A stretch of 63,220 bases of DNA, filler included, from Collodictyon triciliatum (Eukaryota): NCBI GenBank assembly GCA_043381765.1. It is 11 parts of 11 records of this genome, joined end to end, with 100 filler letters (N's around TTAATTAATTAA, not from the genome) between each part and the next. Parts side by side here need not be neighbours in the genome. Positions count along the whole stretch, not along the records: positions 1 to 6,340 come from JBHJMP010004528.1; positions 6,441 to 12,785 come from JBHJMP010004529.1; positions 12,886 to 19,226 come from JBHJMP010004530.1; 8 more parts are not named here. One strand, 5' to 3'. A model generated the notes under the pieces. That model was not told the origin of the DNA and made no database searches. It worked only from the letters and a program-made list of their open reading frames with translations. Of the stretch, positions 1 to 12,937 are shown in pieces. The translations under genes and the position numbers were made by a program. How positions within the stretch are numbered: position 1 is the stretch's first letter; the number at the start of each line of letters is the position of its first letter.

Positions 1-180
1 GATTTTCTTATTGATTTTCTTATTGATTTTCTTATTGATTTTCTTATTGATTTTCTTATTGATTTTCTTATTGATTTTCTTATTGATTTTCTTATTGATT
101 TTCTTATTGATTTTCTTATTGATTTTCTTATTGATTTTCTTATTGATTTTCTTATTGATTTTCTTATTGATTTTCTTATT
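1..180. repeat. 12-bp tandem repeat (GATTTTCTTATT)x15, probably intronic
   Basis: Perfect 12-nt period; ends just upstream of an AG acceptor at 205-206. Confidence 0.95.
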
Positions 181-206
181 GTTTGTTCATTTATTCATTA
201 TTTTAG

Positions 207-3200
207 AAAATTTGAAAAGGCTCACAGTCGCCACCTCAGAAGGCAGAGAGTCCGAGCCAACATCTTGTTAAAAGTACGTTTGAATATATTATGCTAAATA
301 TACGTACCAATGAATAGATGCTACTTAACTCTCTTAAAACAGATGCTCTAGACTCATCGGCCTCCCTCTTGATCAACGCAGTTGACACCCAAAAATTGCA
401 AGATACGCACACATTACATAAAAACAGTGTAACCGTGGAGTGCGATTCAGTCTGCTCAAGCACCCATCCTTCCACCGACCAAAGCGACGAAAACACTGAA
501 AAGACCCAAGGAAACGGCCGCCCTCGAAATCATTTTCAGTACCAAAAACATCTCGGCGTAGCATACGAATATACCGCACAAATAACATCACATCCACGAG
601 CCGAAGAAAGGCCACATCCTAACCCAGCTCTAGCCAGCAGCGGTAACACTCAAAAAGAATCAAATCTACATGAAACGCAGCAAGACCCTTCCATCCCTGC
701 ACCCACCATCCCCATACGTGATCCAAAATCAAACACCTTCATTCAGCCGCTATTCGGTTTGCAGAGAAATGTAAACGAACTTTCAGCTTTGGTGGCAAAC
801 CAGAAAACGTTGAGTGGTAAACAACCAATAGCAACTACACTCGGACGATCGGTTCTTCATGCAATCCCAGACCCAAATCAGCCCTTGAACCAGCCTATCA
901 GTTCGTATGCAGATTCTTTTCATCATGCAATATCACAATCCAGTCCATCGCCCCCATTAGGTATCTACCAATCGACTGATTCAGCTCATCCAGAGCGCAT
1001 CCTAGCTCATCAAGAAGTGGCCAAGTATAAATCTCCTAGCCAGGATGTCCAAAGGGATGTTTCAGCTGCAGATGTCGGAAGGCTAATCCAATCACGTTCT
1101 CTGTCGCATATGTATCATACGCCCAATCATGGTCCAGAACTGAGTCCAATACATACAAATATTTACGCTGGTCCATATTTGAATCAATGCATAAACGCAT
1201 CTTTCCCTGCATCTGTGGTACCTCATCATAATCCCATAGGAGGGCATTCCACACCTGTAAGCCAGTACGGCCACATGTATACGGCCGACCCAATCAGCAT
1301 GCACTCACAGCTGCGAGATATGAGCCCATATTATGGTCAACATCGAGTTATGCCTGGAATTGGGACGAATTATTCACATGGGCCCCATAGAATATACCAG
1401 CAATATGGGCACCCGAATTTTCAGTATTTTCTTACGGATATGCACGGCCAAAAAACCGACCCTACGAATCCAGCATCAGCGATGTACAAGACTGTTCTTA
1501 AACCGCAAGACAGGTATCTGGTTTTAATGTAAACATTTTGTATGCTTGATTACTTGGGCTGATGGCATTTCATTTATGTATGTGTCTCACAAGGACACAA
1601 GAAAGAGAGCATATTGACCACCTAGATGCGTCCATCAGAACTTCGGGAAAGGTACATTTGGTGTATATATTTATATTCGCCCCTCAATATCATATGTTTC
1701 TCAAGAGAACAGATCGTAAGATTTGCAAAGAAGTTTAATGCGACCGCTGTTTAGAACAAAAATATTGTTGACTGCAAAATATCTAATTATATTGCATATG
1801 CTATAGGATCAGAACATAGAATTCCCAAAGCCAACAGAAGATTTAAAAGGCTTCAACTCTCATCTCGGTGATGAGTTTCAAAATAAATGCTCTCGTACGC
1901 TCTTTGATCCACCAGCAATTAGTCATGAAAACCCCCCACCAGATATCGATCAATTCACAAACTTAATCACTCGAGCTGATTGCAATGATGACACTTACTC
2001 AGAGATGGAGGCTATATCACATGGAACTGTTCGATGTAAATATTGATTATATCAATTTGCAACAAGACTGCTTTTCTACATCCATCACATAACTATTTTG
2101 TTTCATTTTCGACTACTTTTTTTTAAAAAAAAAATCTTGCAAAATATGTTGACAACCTTGTCAACAGAATCATTCCCATATGAGCCATTTTACCAGACTT
2201 TCTTTGCATTTTTGTTTTATTGTTGTTATTCATACTATCATTCCATATACAGTGCAACCCCCTCTTTGTTCAGACTCTGGCCAACCTACCAATATGCCGC
2301 CACCAACCCAAACTCAGAATCTACCACAGTTAGAAACTCAAGCACAACCACAACCGCAACCAGAACTCCCACCAAATCAAGAATCAAAGTTGAAGCCACA
2401 ACCAGAATTGCATATAAATCAGCACCCACAAATACTCAGAAACTCTCAACTACAATCGTTTTTAAAAATTCAATCACAACTCCAATCTCAAAATACACCA
2501 ATAGCTTATGGACAACACAGTCAAATAGAGACACCCATCCAGCAACAATCATCAATGCATACTTTCATCATTCCGAGACGAGAATCTTTCCACCAGGCGC
2601 AGTCACCATTTCAAGGTGCATCACAACCATCGTATCTACGACCACACAACTCAGAAAGCGTCAAATTAACATCACAAGTTAGCACATCAACCATGGGTGC
2701 CTTCACAAAACCGCCCACACACTCAGCCACCCCAATGGCCCCTTCGTTGAATACTTTTTACTCGCTGCATAACCTCCAATATCAGATATCTTTGCACGAC
2801 TCAGAAAAACTTCCTACTAGCCCATACAATACTTCACCAAAGGTTGTTTCCCAGGCAAACCAATCACGTGAACTTATTCACAGACCTGATACTGGAATTC
2901 ATACGAATCAATTGAACGAGGATGCAAACGATGCCCATTTGAACTCTGGGGATGCTGTTGAGGAGGAACTTGTCCGAGGAGAAGTCTTTGTAGAAGCCAA
3001 AAAAATAAATGAGCCTGTCAGTGTGAAGCCTGATTCAAGAACGAGAGTAACCAGTGCAGCATCTAAAAGAAAGAGTTCCAATAATACTCTCCAGCAGAAA
3101 TCAAAAACAATAGGCGCCAATCGAAAGCCATCGGTTGGGACATCTCCGCCATGCACAGAAACACATATGAAAGCACAGGCACCTAAGAGACCAATTAGTG

Positions 3201-3993
3201 GAGAGAGTGTGCCATCAAATGGAAAAAAGGCTCCTGTTAATACTGAAACTTTTGACAACTCACAGCCTTCTCAAACCAAAGACACCGAAGCCCATTCGGT
3301 TGGAAAGAACCTAGCCGGAAAATTTGTGGCAGGTAGTAGTACCCCTTGCAAAGCACAGGTGGTGCCAACTGACCCACCATCAAGGAGAGAGATACTCGGG
3401 TTGTCAAACGAAGTTACTTTGAAGGCCTTTGAATTGAATCTTTTACATCTTCATCATAAATCTTGCAAAGAAATGGTCGCATCGGTATGAAATTTCTCCT
3501 GATTTTACAAACCATTGTATGCGAATTGCAATTATTTATGCGATCAATATTTTCCTTCCTTTTAATAGATTGTGAAAAAACATCTGCATAATCAGCCAAA
3601 TGGTGCGTATGCGGATATCATAAATAATTAAGATTGAAAAAAATTCAGGAACAATCATTTAAAATATATGTTCATGTGTTTCCAAAACTTCCTAAATAAA
3701 TCATCGTTACCTTTAAAGGACCTGATTATCGCCGTATACGAATATTCTTGAATATGCTATTGTGTTCCTCGTTGAACGTATCAAGCACATCAAGTTTATT
3801 GACACCGATGGAGTCTGAAATCACTCAAGTTTTATTTCACAATATGGCTGTCCAATTGGTAAGCACACAAAAGACTAATCAATTTTTCTCTGACATTCCC
3901 TCGACTTTTGTTGAAGAATAACTTTGTGGATATATCACTTTTTATGTACAAATTTCGCAGGCTTATATGAGAACAAAGCAACAGCCAACCTAG
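207..3993 (+). CDS. Hypothetical, largely disordered Q/P/S/H-rich protein, 5'-partial, at least 8 exons
   Basis: Phase-compatible GT-AG exons traced at about 207-273, 318-1513, 1594-1651, 1807-2035, 2253-3484, 3569-3602, 3719-3858 and 3961-3993 (TAG). These join the 404-aa and 436-aa ORFs. No recognisable domain. Confidence 0.7.
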
Positions 3994-4316
3994 TCACATA
4001 AGCAAAACACAGCTTAAGTACGAGTTTCGACCTGAAGAGCAGTATCATTATTTGCATCCCAAACAACCGTTGTTTTCTCCTGAATCTGCATTTTTTTTCT
4101 CGTAGATTATAAAAATTAAAAAAAATTACGTGGTATTTGTCTCATAAAGTCTCTGTTGAGACAAATATATTGCCACTTATAAAGCGCAGGCTGATAAAAT
4201 CATGAGTCTATATGTACAAATTTGCTACTTGCAGTTTTTTGGATTCATAAAATTCCACTTCGTAGTGTGATGCAAAGATTATCCTTTTTTTTATGTAATG
4301 ACAAGAGAATAATATC

Positions 4317-4325
4317 GATGATGAC

Positions 4326-4380
<55 letters not shown>
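4317..4380. repeat. (ATG)n microsatellite between two convergent gene ends
   Basis: Seen directly. Confidence 0.9.
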
Positions 4381-4382
<2 letters not shown>

Positions 4383-4573
4383 AGGGTTCACCCGTCGGGG
4401 ACATGTTTTCGTTGATTGGTGAAGGACATTTTTAAATGCCGACTATTGATAGTGCAGAAGGAGAAAAAAAAAAATACGAATTATGATAAAGGACGTTTTA
4501 GAGACATGTGATATTTCACAACAGAATTTGAATACGATAAACTCTGCTGTCCGACTATCCGTTTTGTTTTATT

Positions 4574-6054
4574 TCAAAGGCCAATCCAGTATGTACGTCC
4601 GTTGGGGTTGTGGACCGGAGAGATATCGGGGCTGCTGACGGACCATTCGTACCACACTTTTGTCTTCGAGGCACACCTCCAAAAGTGCGCCACGATTTCC
4701 GATGAGACGGGCACGTAAATCGGGCTCTTTATTACATATAAATCGGTGGCGATGGAATTGCATAATCAATCAATGAAACTCAATCATTCGGAAAAGATTT
4801 CATCTGTTTTTTTTTTGTTTTTTTTTACTAATAAATAATTAAATAAATAAAATCTTGGTAATCAATAAACATCAAGTGAATAAGGTAATTGTTTCATACA
4901 CGGAGCGGGAAGAAGATTGGAAACCAACTGGACATTTCAGGTGTGTGTGTCATCGGATTTGTACCTTTGATTAAATAAGAAAAAATAAGTGACCCACAGG
5001 TAGCGAACTCGCGAGGAGATAAAAAAAAAAGTGGAATCATGTAGCGAGTCGCATTTGCAATCAAACGCTATTCCTGGCCGGGCATTGAGAAAATAGTATA
5101 TTGTTTAAAATTACTTAGGGTGACATCGCCATAGAGAATGCATTCGAAATAACCTCCGAATCCATGCAAAATAGCAGAGTCTTCACAGCTGAAATGAAGG
5201 CTTACTTCACGGGTGTTGTTGATGGGGGACTACAAGCACAATTTAAGGAAAGTGTGTGAGTTTCCCAATATTTGATTGCTTGACACTTTCATTTACTCCA
5301 AATTTATGTTCTTTTAAGTAATTAAATATTTGCATTCTCTTCTGTGTGAGAAAAGAGAAAAACGTAGTAAAAGAGTAAAAGAAAAAAAAAAGGTATAGGA
5401 AAACCTCATGGTTTGGATGAACAAATCGAAAGCACTTTTGGGGGTCTGCAAGTCTACGATGCGCAAATAGCTTCACAACATATCCCGTCTCAAACCGAGC
5501 TTGTTCATTAAAGCTCTTCACATCGTTCCACAACTTTGAAGTGGTCACCGGCGACAGGTACGACGTATACTCACTCGGAATGCTGATTCCTCCATCTATG
5601 GATGTCCCATATTCGCTTGAGTATCTCATTCACATGTATGAATCGTTTTTCATGTGTGCAACAAAGTGTATCATCACCATGACATTGCTGATGATAATTT
5701 TGTGAGAAATAAGACAGGAAAAATGCCAGTATTTGCGAGGCGAATGTAAACATACCTTTGAGAAACTCCTGTCCAAAGTCGAGACACTCGGGTGATAATT
5801 CATTGTCTCCAAACGAGCCCAGAAGCTCGCTTACAATAATATCAGCTTTTGCCTCCGGCTTCCATTCGCGCATGTCTGGGGTGGGAGAAGAAAAGTTTTT
5901 GGGAATGGGAATGATGCACTTGACGTCACTTCAATTATGGTATGCTAATGTTGGGTGCCAATAAACTGAGAAAGAAAAGCATTATTAGTAAATACCGGTA
6001 TGGACGATACTGACGCGGGAACCCCATCCAAGGGTGACTCTCATATTTTGTAAT
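4574..6054 (-). CDS. PRMT5: Protein arginine N-methyltransferase 5, C-terminal part (5' end not on this scaffold)
   Basis: Spliced exons give [75 protein letters not shown] and VWYEW...[12 protein letters not shown]. These are diagnostic PRMT5/Hsl7 motifs. Stop TGA at 4574-4576. Confidence 0.95.
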
Positions 6055-6340
6055 CTGAAGCATACAAATAACATATGATTGAGTTTCGCTATGATTGGCT
6101 AGAAAAACGTTGCAATTTATTAATCCTATGAAATTGATTGTATTATGCATCTTGAATGTAAATATAGTAATTAAAATACTGGTCATTAATGTATGGGTTT
6201 TTCATTTCTCTTCTCTTTTCGTTTGTTTTCTTCTTCTTTTTTTTTCCTTTGTTTTCCTTTGTTTTCCTTTGTTTTCCTTTGTTTTCCTTTGTTTTCCTTT
6301 GTTTTCCTTTGTTTTCCTTTGTTTTCCTTTGTTTTCCTTT

Positions 6341-6440
6341 NNNNNNNNNNNNNNNNNNNNNNNNNNNNNNNNNNNNNNNNNNNNTTAATTAATTAANNNN
6401 NNNNNNNNNNNNNNNNNNNNNNNNNNNNNNNNNNNNNNNN
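6341..6440. other. Artificial scaffold spacer 44N-TTAATTAATTAA-44N; repeated at 12786, 19227, 25671, 32111, 38551, 44996, 51436, 57872 and 60654
   Basis: Ten identical 100-nt spacers; the 12-mer puts a stop in all six frames. Confidence 0.97.
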
Positions 6441-6845
6441 ACCAGGAAAAAAAAGGAGAAAAAAAAAGAAATAGGAAAAAAAAGAGAAAAGAAAAGAAAG
6501 GAAAAGAGGAAAAGAAAGGAAAAAAGACAAAAAAAAATAAAAAAGAAAAGGAAAAAGAAAAGGAAAAGGAAAAGGAAAAGGAAAAGGAAAAGGAGAAAAA
6601 GAAAAAAGGAAAAAGGAAAAAAGGAAAAAAGGAAAAAAGGAAAAAAGGGAAAATGGAAAAATGGAAAAAAGGAAAAAAGGAAAAGGAAAAGGAAAATGAA
6701 AAAGAGAAAAGAAAAGAAAAAGAAATAAAAAATAAAAAGGAAAAAGAAAAGAAAAGAAAAGAAAAAACAATCAGTTACAAGAGCTTCAGTAAACACCTCA
6801 CACATTCATTTATATTCATTTGGATGAAACACTTCATTCTCCTTA

Positions 6846-9400
6846 CCATACACCAACAAAAAGGCAGCCGGAGCGAGGCAACGATTTATGCGGGCGAGGT
6901 TGAGCTTTAGTCGAGTAGGCATTCCCAGCCGAGTCTGGGGAGGGGTGGTCGTATCACAGGCAGCGAACTGAGGCAAGGATGTTCCGAGCAGATAGTTGTT
7001 CTTGATTAATTAGGATATTAAAATAACGGAATATGCATAGAATAAGATACTCCTTTCGTGGGAAACGTGGCCATCAGCTCGGCAAGCATTCCTAACAGTT
7101 TCATAATAAATAGACACAGCTAGCAAATTAGAGTAATTGCAAAATTAAAATTCATCTTTCACACACGTTTTTTTTAATAGAATAGAAAAGTTAAGTTCTG
7201 AAGTCTGCAGGCACGGACATCGCTGCTGTATTAAGCTTTAATTGGTTATGAAAAGCAATATATAATTGCACTGAAGAAACACACATGTATTTTTTAACTT
7301 CATTGACATATTGATTTCTTTGAATAAAATATTAATCTTACAATACTACATGAAAATTGCAATTCATACAAATAGAATATAGATTTGTGATAACATACCT
7401 GCTCCATCGTGTTCAATTTAACACATTGAATATATTGAAATGATTTTTTTATTGTTTTTTTATATGAAATTTTGGACAACAAAGAGACTTACTGATTCTC
7501 ACACAACAACTCATCCCCACACCCCACAAATCGTTCTTTAGACCATCTCTTCATATCATCGGAAAAACTAGAAGCCGTCCATCCAACCACCCCTCCCCCC
7601 TCGGTAGTAGCAGCAGATCGAACAGTTCCCTTTCCCTTGGTTGTTTTGTCTCGTGTCCTTTACCATGACCTTCGCAGGATTCAGAGCGTGAGATAAAGTT
7701 AGTGAAAATCAGGTACAAAAGATGATTTCTATGTAATTGTTTGTTTGACACGAATGATTCAAAATATGACTAAACAAAGTCTATTAGAATCAAAACTCCT
7801 CAAAAAATATTCATATATCATCGTTGCTTAGTAAATAATATTTTGATACTAAATCATCGGGTTTCTCTCATCAGCTGGTTTGTTCTTATAAATCCAAGTA
7901 TGACATTCGTTATTCATTCATACGTTTCTTCTGATTCATCATTAAACAAGTCAATTGGAAATCAAGGTAAAATGAAAGATATATTTCGAGATTATTATGA
8001 TACTGATATATAAACACCCCTTGTTGCTTAAATATTTTTCGATTGAATCAAATACAAAAAAAAATGAACAATTAAAAAATATGATGTGTTGAGCTATTCT
8101 GATATTAGCTACATTAACGATGGAGCATGAAACGGACATAAATTTATAAATCTTTTATTTTAATCACGAAAAAAAAATAATGATGTAAAATAATAGCAGT
8201 TGTTATATATAATCTTTCAATTCAGGTAACGTAATAAACCCTGAGCCGCGAAACATAATAAGCAAGCAACTTCGTCTACTTTCGGCCATATAGGGTCTTC
8301 AAAAGCCTCCAACTGGTTCATGCATGGTTAAAACGAATATTAAGCTTTCTCATTAATGTGGGCATAACAATGAATACAATGATTATAAATAAATATTATA
8401 TTATATAGAATGAAAGCTATTCGGTTGTGCAGTGGCTACAACTGTTTATGGTTATTGAAATTGGATAAGAATTGAACGAAGGGATGATCAAAGTCGACTA
8501 AATTCATACAATCCCTGTATCAATTGATTTCCATGTGTGAAGTTAAAACAATACAGATTCATTATAAAACCCCTCCTTCACTTTCGTTTACTTCATCAGT
8601 CCATCAAGAGGCATGAATGCAGTCATTTCTATATGAATAAAAATACAAAAATTAGACATCAGAATGATAAATGAAGAATGATGCTGCCTCTAAATAGTAG
8701 TTTCAGACCTTATGTTGGCAATATCGACCTACATATGACGACATAACCATAGTGTTTATTCGTTTCCATATACATTTTATTAACGCTCAAAAATTAAATT
8801 AATTATATTCTAAAATGTATCACGTCTGAAATTATCGATGTGTAATTAGAAATACTTGAATTTACTAATCGGTGTGGGCTCGCCAAAACAATTCAATCGT
8901 GTCGTTTATTTTTCAACACAAAATTCGCAGAGCAGAAAACCATAGCCTATGATCGGATTAATGTTTTTTAATATAAATAATTATAGATAAATAAGTGATT
9001 AGTAACATAAGGCACCGATTTCAGTAACCTCTCCAAAAATTGTGCGCTACATAAAGATAAGGGAAATAAACCTGGTATTTATCGGAATGAAAGGTCAAAA
9101 AATGAAACTAATAAAATTTCGACGTACCAGAACGGATGAGTTTACACTTCTCACACGTGCAGGATGTCTCTTCATGCAATTGTTCTGCACGTGAATATAA
9201 ATATTATAAACTGTGAAAGTGTAGAAACTTTGCCACTAATGTGATATGACTCCCCATTTCCACAACTGATTATTTTACCATCTTCACATTCTTCATTAAT
9301 TGGACCCTGTGAGAAGTAATGTGTGTAAAGAAACCGAGAAAGTGATTTAACCTCCTCTTACCTCTCATGCACCATAAGAATTAGGCTAAAGGCCAGAGCG
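6846..9400 (-). CDS. Possible intron-rich hypothetical gene (fragmentary exons)
   Basis: Open AG..GT-bounded segments at about 6847-7000 (NNYLLGTSLPQFAAC...LARINRCLAPAAFLLVY), 7050-7091, 7493-7650 and 9128-9184. No full model could be built. Confidence 0.3.
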
Positions 9401-10552
9401 CGGTATGAAATTCTAATTACCGACTTCTTTTCTGTCACTCAGGTTCTGAGGAAGCTTCCGTGCAAACGAGAGCTAGCGAATCAAAGCCAACATACTTAAT
9501 CTTGCACAAATCAAATTGACAAAAGAAAAAAAGTTGATAAATCATCTCCAAATTGAAAAAAAGGTTCGCATAATTTAAAAAAATCAGCATGAAGAGTGTT
9601 TTATCAAATCATGTCTGGTTGTCTTATCGCATATTTACTCCAAACCGAGTATGGAGCCATGATATAAATCGACCTATGTGCTTTGAATAAAAAGTATGGA
9701 AAAAATTGAATGCAAGGAGAACAGTTTGGTTAGGGTTGCATCACTATTAAAGTTTTGTATCTAATCAAGTTCATAGCTATATGTCCATTCGGCATCGCTG
9801 AATTTTCTGGCTTCGTCATTCCATACTTTTTTAATTTTTGAAGCACCCATGACTCACTAGTCTTATAAATAATTGCAAATGAAATGAAACTTGTATATAT
9901 GCCACAGTTTCTATTAATATGTCATCTAATTACCGGCCATGTCGATAAGTTTTTGATTCAATGGATAACTCTTCGCATATGGAAACTCGCCCATCCCTTA
10001 ATACGGAATCCTCATACGTACGGCAGGTGACTAATATTCACATAAGCAACATAGTCAGCAAGCGATACATTGCAAAGATAGTCATATTTTTGATCACTCA
10101 TTTATGTCGAATGTAAAGCATACATGAAACCAGATAAATTTAAAATTGCGTATATTTGCTCCCTTCAATGTCTCATTCGGCATACAGTTTTTTTGTGATT
10201 CGTTACAACATTAGTTTATTGAGATAAAAACAAAGCCGAGGAAACCGCCTTCGCCTCTAGGACAAGAAATGAGCTGTGGACAAGACAGTGGAAAACCCCA
10301 GATTATGTGGTTGGAGTTTTTGTGTTTTGGGAGAAAGAGAGACAAAATAGAAAGGAGAGAAAGTGTTCTCACACGCAAACTATTCTACCCAAAGTGAATC
10401 AATTCCAACGCGATTTCTGGTTGTATTCGAGACTGACAGAAGAGCAGATGAAGTTGTCGGGTCGATGAAAGTACGCACATGGCTGTTACTTTGAAAATCG
10501 ATTCCGACGAGTCCATTCAACCATCTATCTCAGACAAGGTTTACATCCTATT

Positions 10553-11547
10553 TCATTCCACTGGATGAGTCTTTTGAGGGGACAACGGGTCACTTTCCTT
10601 GCGTTTCTTGCTGGGCGACTCTGACAAAAAGCAATACATCGTTGTTTGTCTGGCATTATCGGAAGTGGCGCTTGACCGTCCCACGGTTTCGGAACCATGC
10701 GTAGCCGGCAGTGGACTTTGCTTAACCGGAGTATGAATACGCGTTTGTGGTTTTAGAAACATACGCTCCTGCTTGCTCGGACTGTCTTTAGTGTGTGAAG
10801 TTCCAAGCTTGGATTCGACTTGTGCTATTTGCTCTTGCTCCTTGGTTCTTGGTGAGAAGGGCTGGGGCAGGGGAAACGGACTATCTTTGGTGGGCGCTGG
10901 TTCTTGCGTTGGTTTTGCTTTGGAGTATCCTTTTGGATAAGTAACGAAGACTGCCTTGATGCCTCCTATGTTAACCATATTCACGTCAGTCTGAATGGTT
11001 AGTTTAAGGGGGATTTCTTTCGGGGTTTGGAGATGCGCTGCTCTTGGGTCTTGCGATGTGCAAGCTTGTCCGGTGTTGGCGGTGGAGGGCTCGAGTACGA
11101 GGATTCAGAAGAGGAACCGAGATTTCCTTCCATGCCATCGTCGCTGTCTGCGCGTATCTGCTGTAAGTCTTGCGGACTCTGTTGTTGCCTGGCCTTGGCT
11201 TCCTTGACCCCGTTGCTGCTTGTCTGCTTGGCATGTGTATTCTTTTGCGGGGCTTTTACTTGTCGTTCGTTGTTCGCGGCTGGCGGACACTTTTTGAGGA
11301 TGCACTTTGGACACTTCTTTCCCATGACCATAAACTATGCAGGGAGCTGGTTCTTGTGAAAGAGAAGATTCACCACGGCCGTGTCTGTGAAGAAGCATTT
11401 GTCCTTTTTGATTTCCGCGTGGGTCGGTCTTAACGGCTTCAGCTCCTCACGAAGGAGTTGCGGCCACACGTCCAGCGGTAGTTGGTAGAGCATCATCGAG
11501 GTCTTTGTTGGTTTACTTCTGCTGAGGCTGCTCATAATATCGCTCAA
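10553..11547 (-). mobile_element. Degenerate interspersed-repeat ORF, probably ORF1 (gag-like) of an L1/Tx1-type non-LTR retrotransposon
   Basis: Intronless frame of about 330 codons, broken by a TAG at 11335-11337 and a frameshift near 11000. GC-richer than flanks. PLKLTI..V.IGG.KAVFVTYP resembles Tx1/L1 ORF1. A second copy of about 90% identity lies at 31932-32110. Confidence 0.6.
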
Positions 11548-12937
11548 ACTTACTTGCTTCAGCTCCAGAAGCTTCCGTCGTTTTCTCTAGTTTGGAAGGC
11601 AATCAGGCAAATACCTTCGCTGTCCGGTTAGCGCAATTGGATGGACTCTTCCCAAAGTTTGTTCCCTTATCTATTTCTTATTCCCCATATGCTCGGCGTA
11701 GGATTTATGTTCGTTTCTCTTCATTTCGCTGATTTCATCAGGGTGTCAAAACATTTAATCAGATGCGCCCAAGTATGAGAGCAGCCACTTCCGTTTCTAA
11801 TCATTACATTCCAGTAGCAGCACGTAAAAGGTGACTAAGTTGGTTTCCTACCAGGAGATAAAATATGGAGACGAAGAAGATTAGTGTAAAAAACTCTCTG
11901 AGTACAGACTGTGATAAGTAAGAAAAAGTGGATGTTGCAGGTGAAAAATTATAATCATAGGTCATGCCAAAGATGGACGTGAAGAGTGGTCAAGAGTGCA
12001 TTCAAAGGGAAGGCCAAAATGGTGCGTGACGAGGCAAACAAAGAGAAAACGGGAGATTAAGCCAAAGAAATGAAAGATTCTTGAGGCTAAAAATAAATAA
12101 ATAATCTGGCAAGGTTTAAAATGATTTATCTGGCTGTTGTAATCACAGTATAATTCTTTAATATATTTCCAATGTGTCTATATAATGCTCTGTAGATTTC
12201 GCTGACATTTATCATGATGACGCACTCTCACAGTTTGTGTGTGTATAGATCTGCAAGTCAGAATAAACGAAGCATTTGGCAATCCAAGCCTCTCTGCATC
12301 AGTGGTATCAGTCTGAGTGTAGCCTGGTTGGTTCCTTGTAATTGTGGTATACTTACATCCATTCCTTCTAACCTCGCTGCACTTTGAATCGAATAAAGGA
12401 AAAAAAAAACCAAAAGAATCTATGGTGCTTTTTTGTCATTATGCCGAACCGGGTGGCTTGTCCGAATCTTACGCTTTTTTGCTTTTGTTTCCTTTCATAA
12501 CCTGCTCACAAATCAGGAAGTTTATTTTCCATATTTGAATATAGTAATTGGCATGAATCACCATTTTTCTTTGGCATGGGTAGTCAGAATATTTCTGCGC
12601 ACAAAACATGATATATTGGACGAGTCGCTTTTCTCAGATCAAAACAAAAAAACAAAAAACAAAAAACAAAAAACAAAAAACAAAAAACAACAAACATAAA
12701 ACAACAAACATAAAACAACAAACATAAAACAACAAACATAAAACAACAAACATAAAACAACAAACATAAAACAACAAACATAAAANNNNNNNNNNNNNNN
12801 NNNNNNNNNNNNNNNNNNNNNNNNNNNNNTTAATTAATTAANNNNNNNNNNNNNNNNNNNNNNNNNNNNNNNNNNNNNNNNNNNNATACCAACACATCTA
12901 TCACACATAATTGTATTCTTTTACACAACCTGATTAG

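Noticed and set aside
1-180. Regular repeats as a possible CRISPR array or telomere
   Set aside because: No spacers, not G-rich, and it sits in an intron; a simple minisatellite.
6385-6396. Palindromic TTAATTAATTAA recurring about every 6.44 kb, suggestive of a periodic element or uniform mini-chromosomes
   Set aside because: Always embedded in exactly 44+44 Ns; a synthetic all-frame-stop linker.
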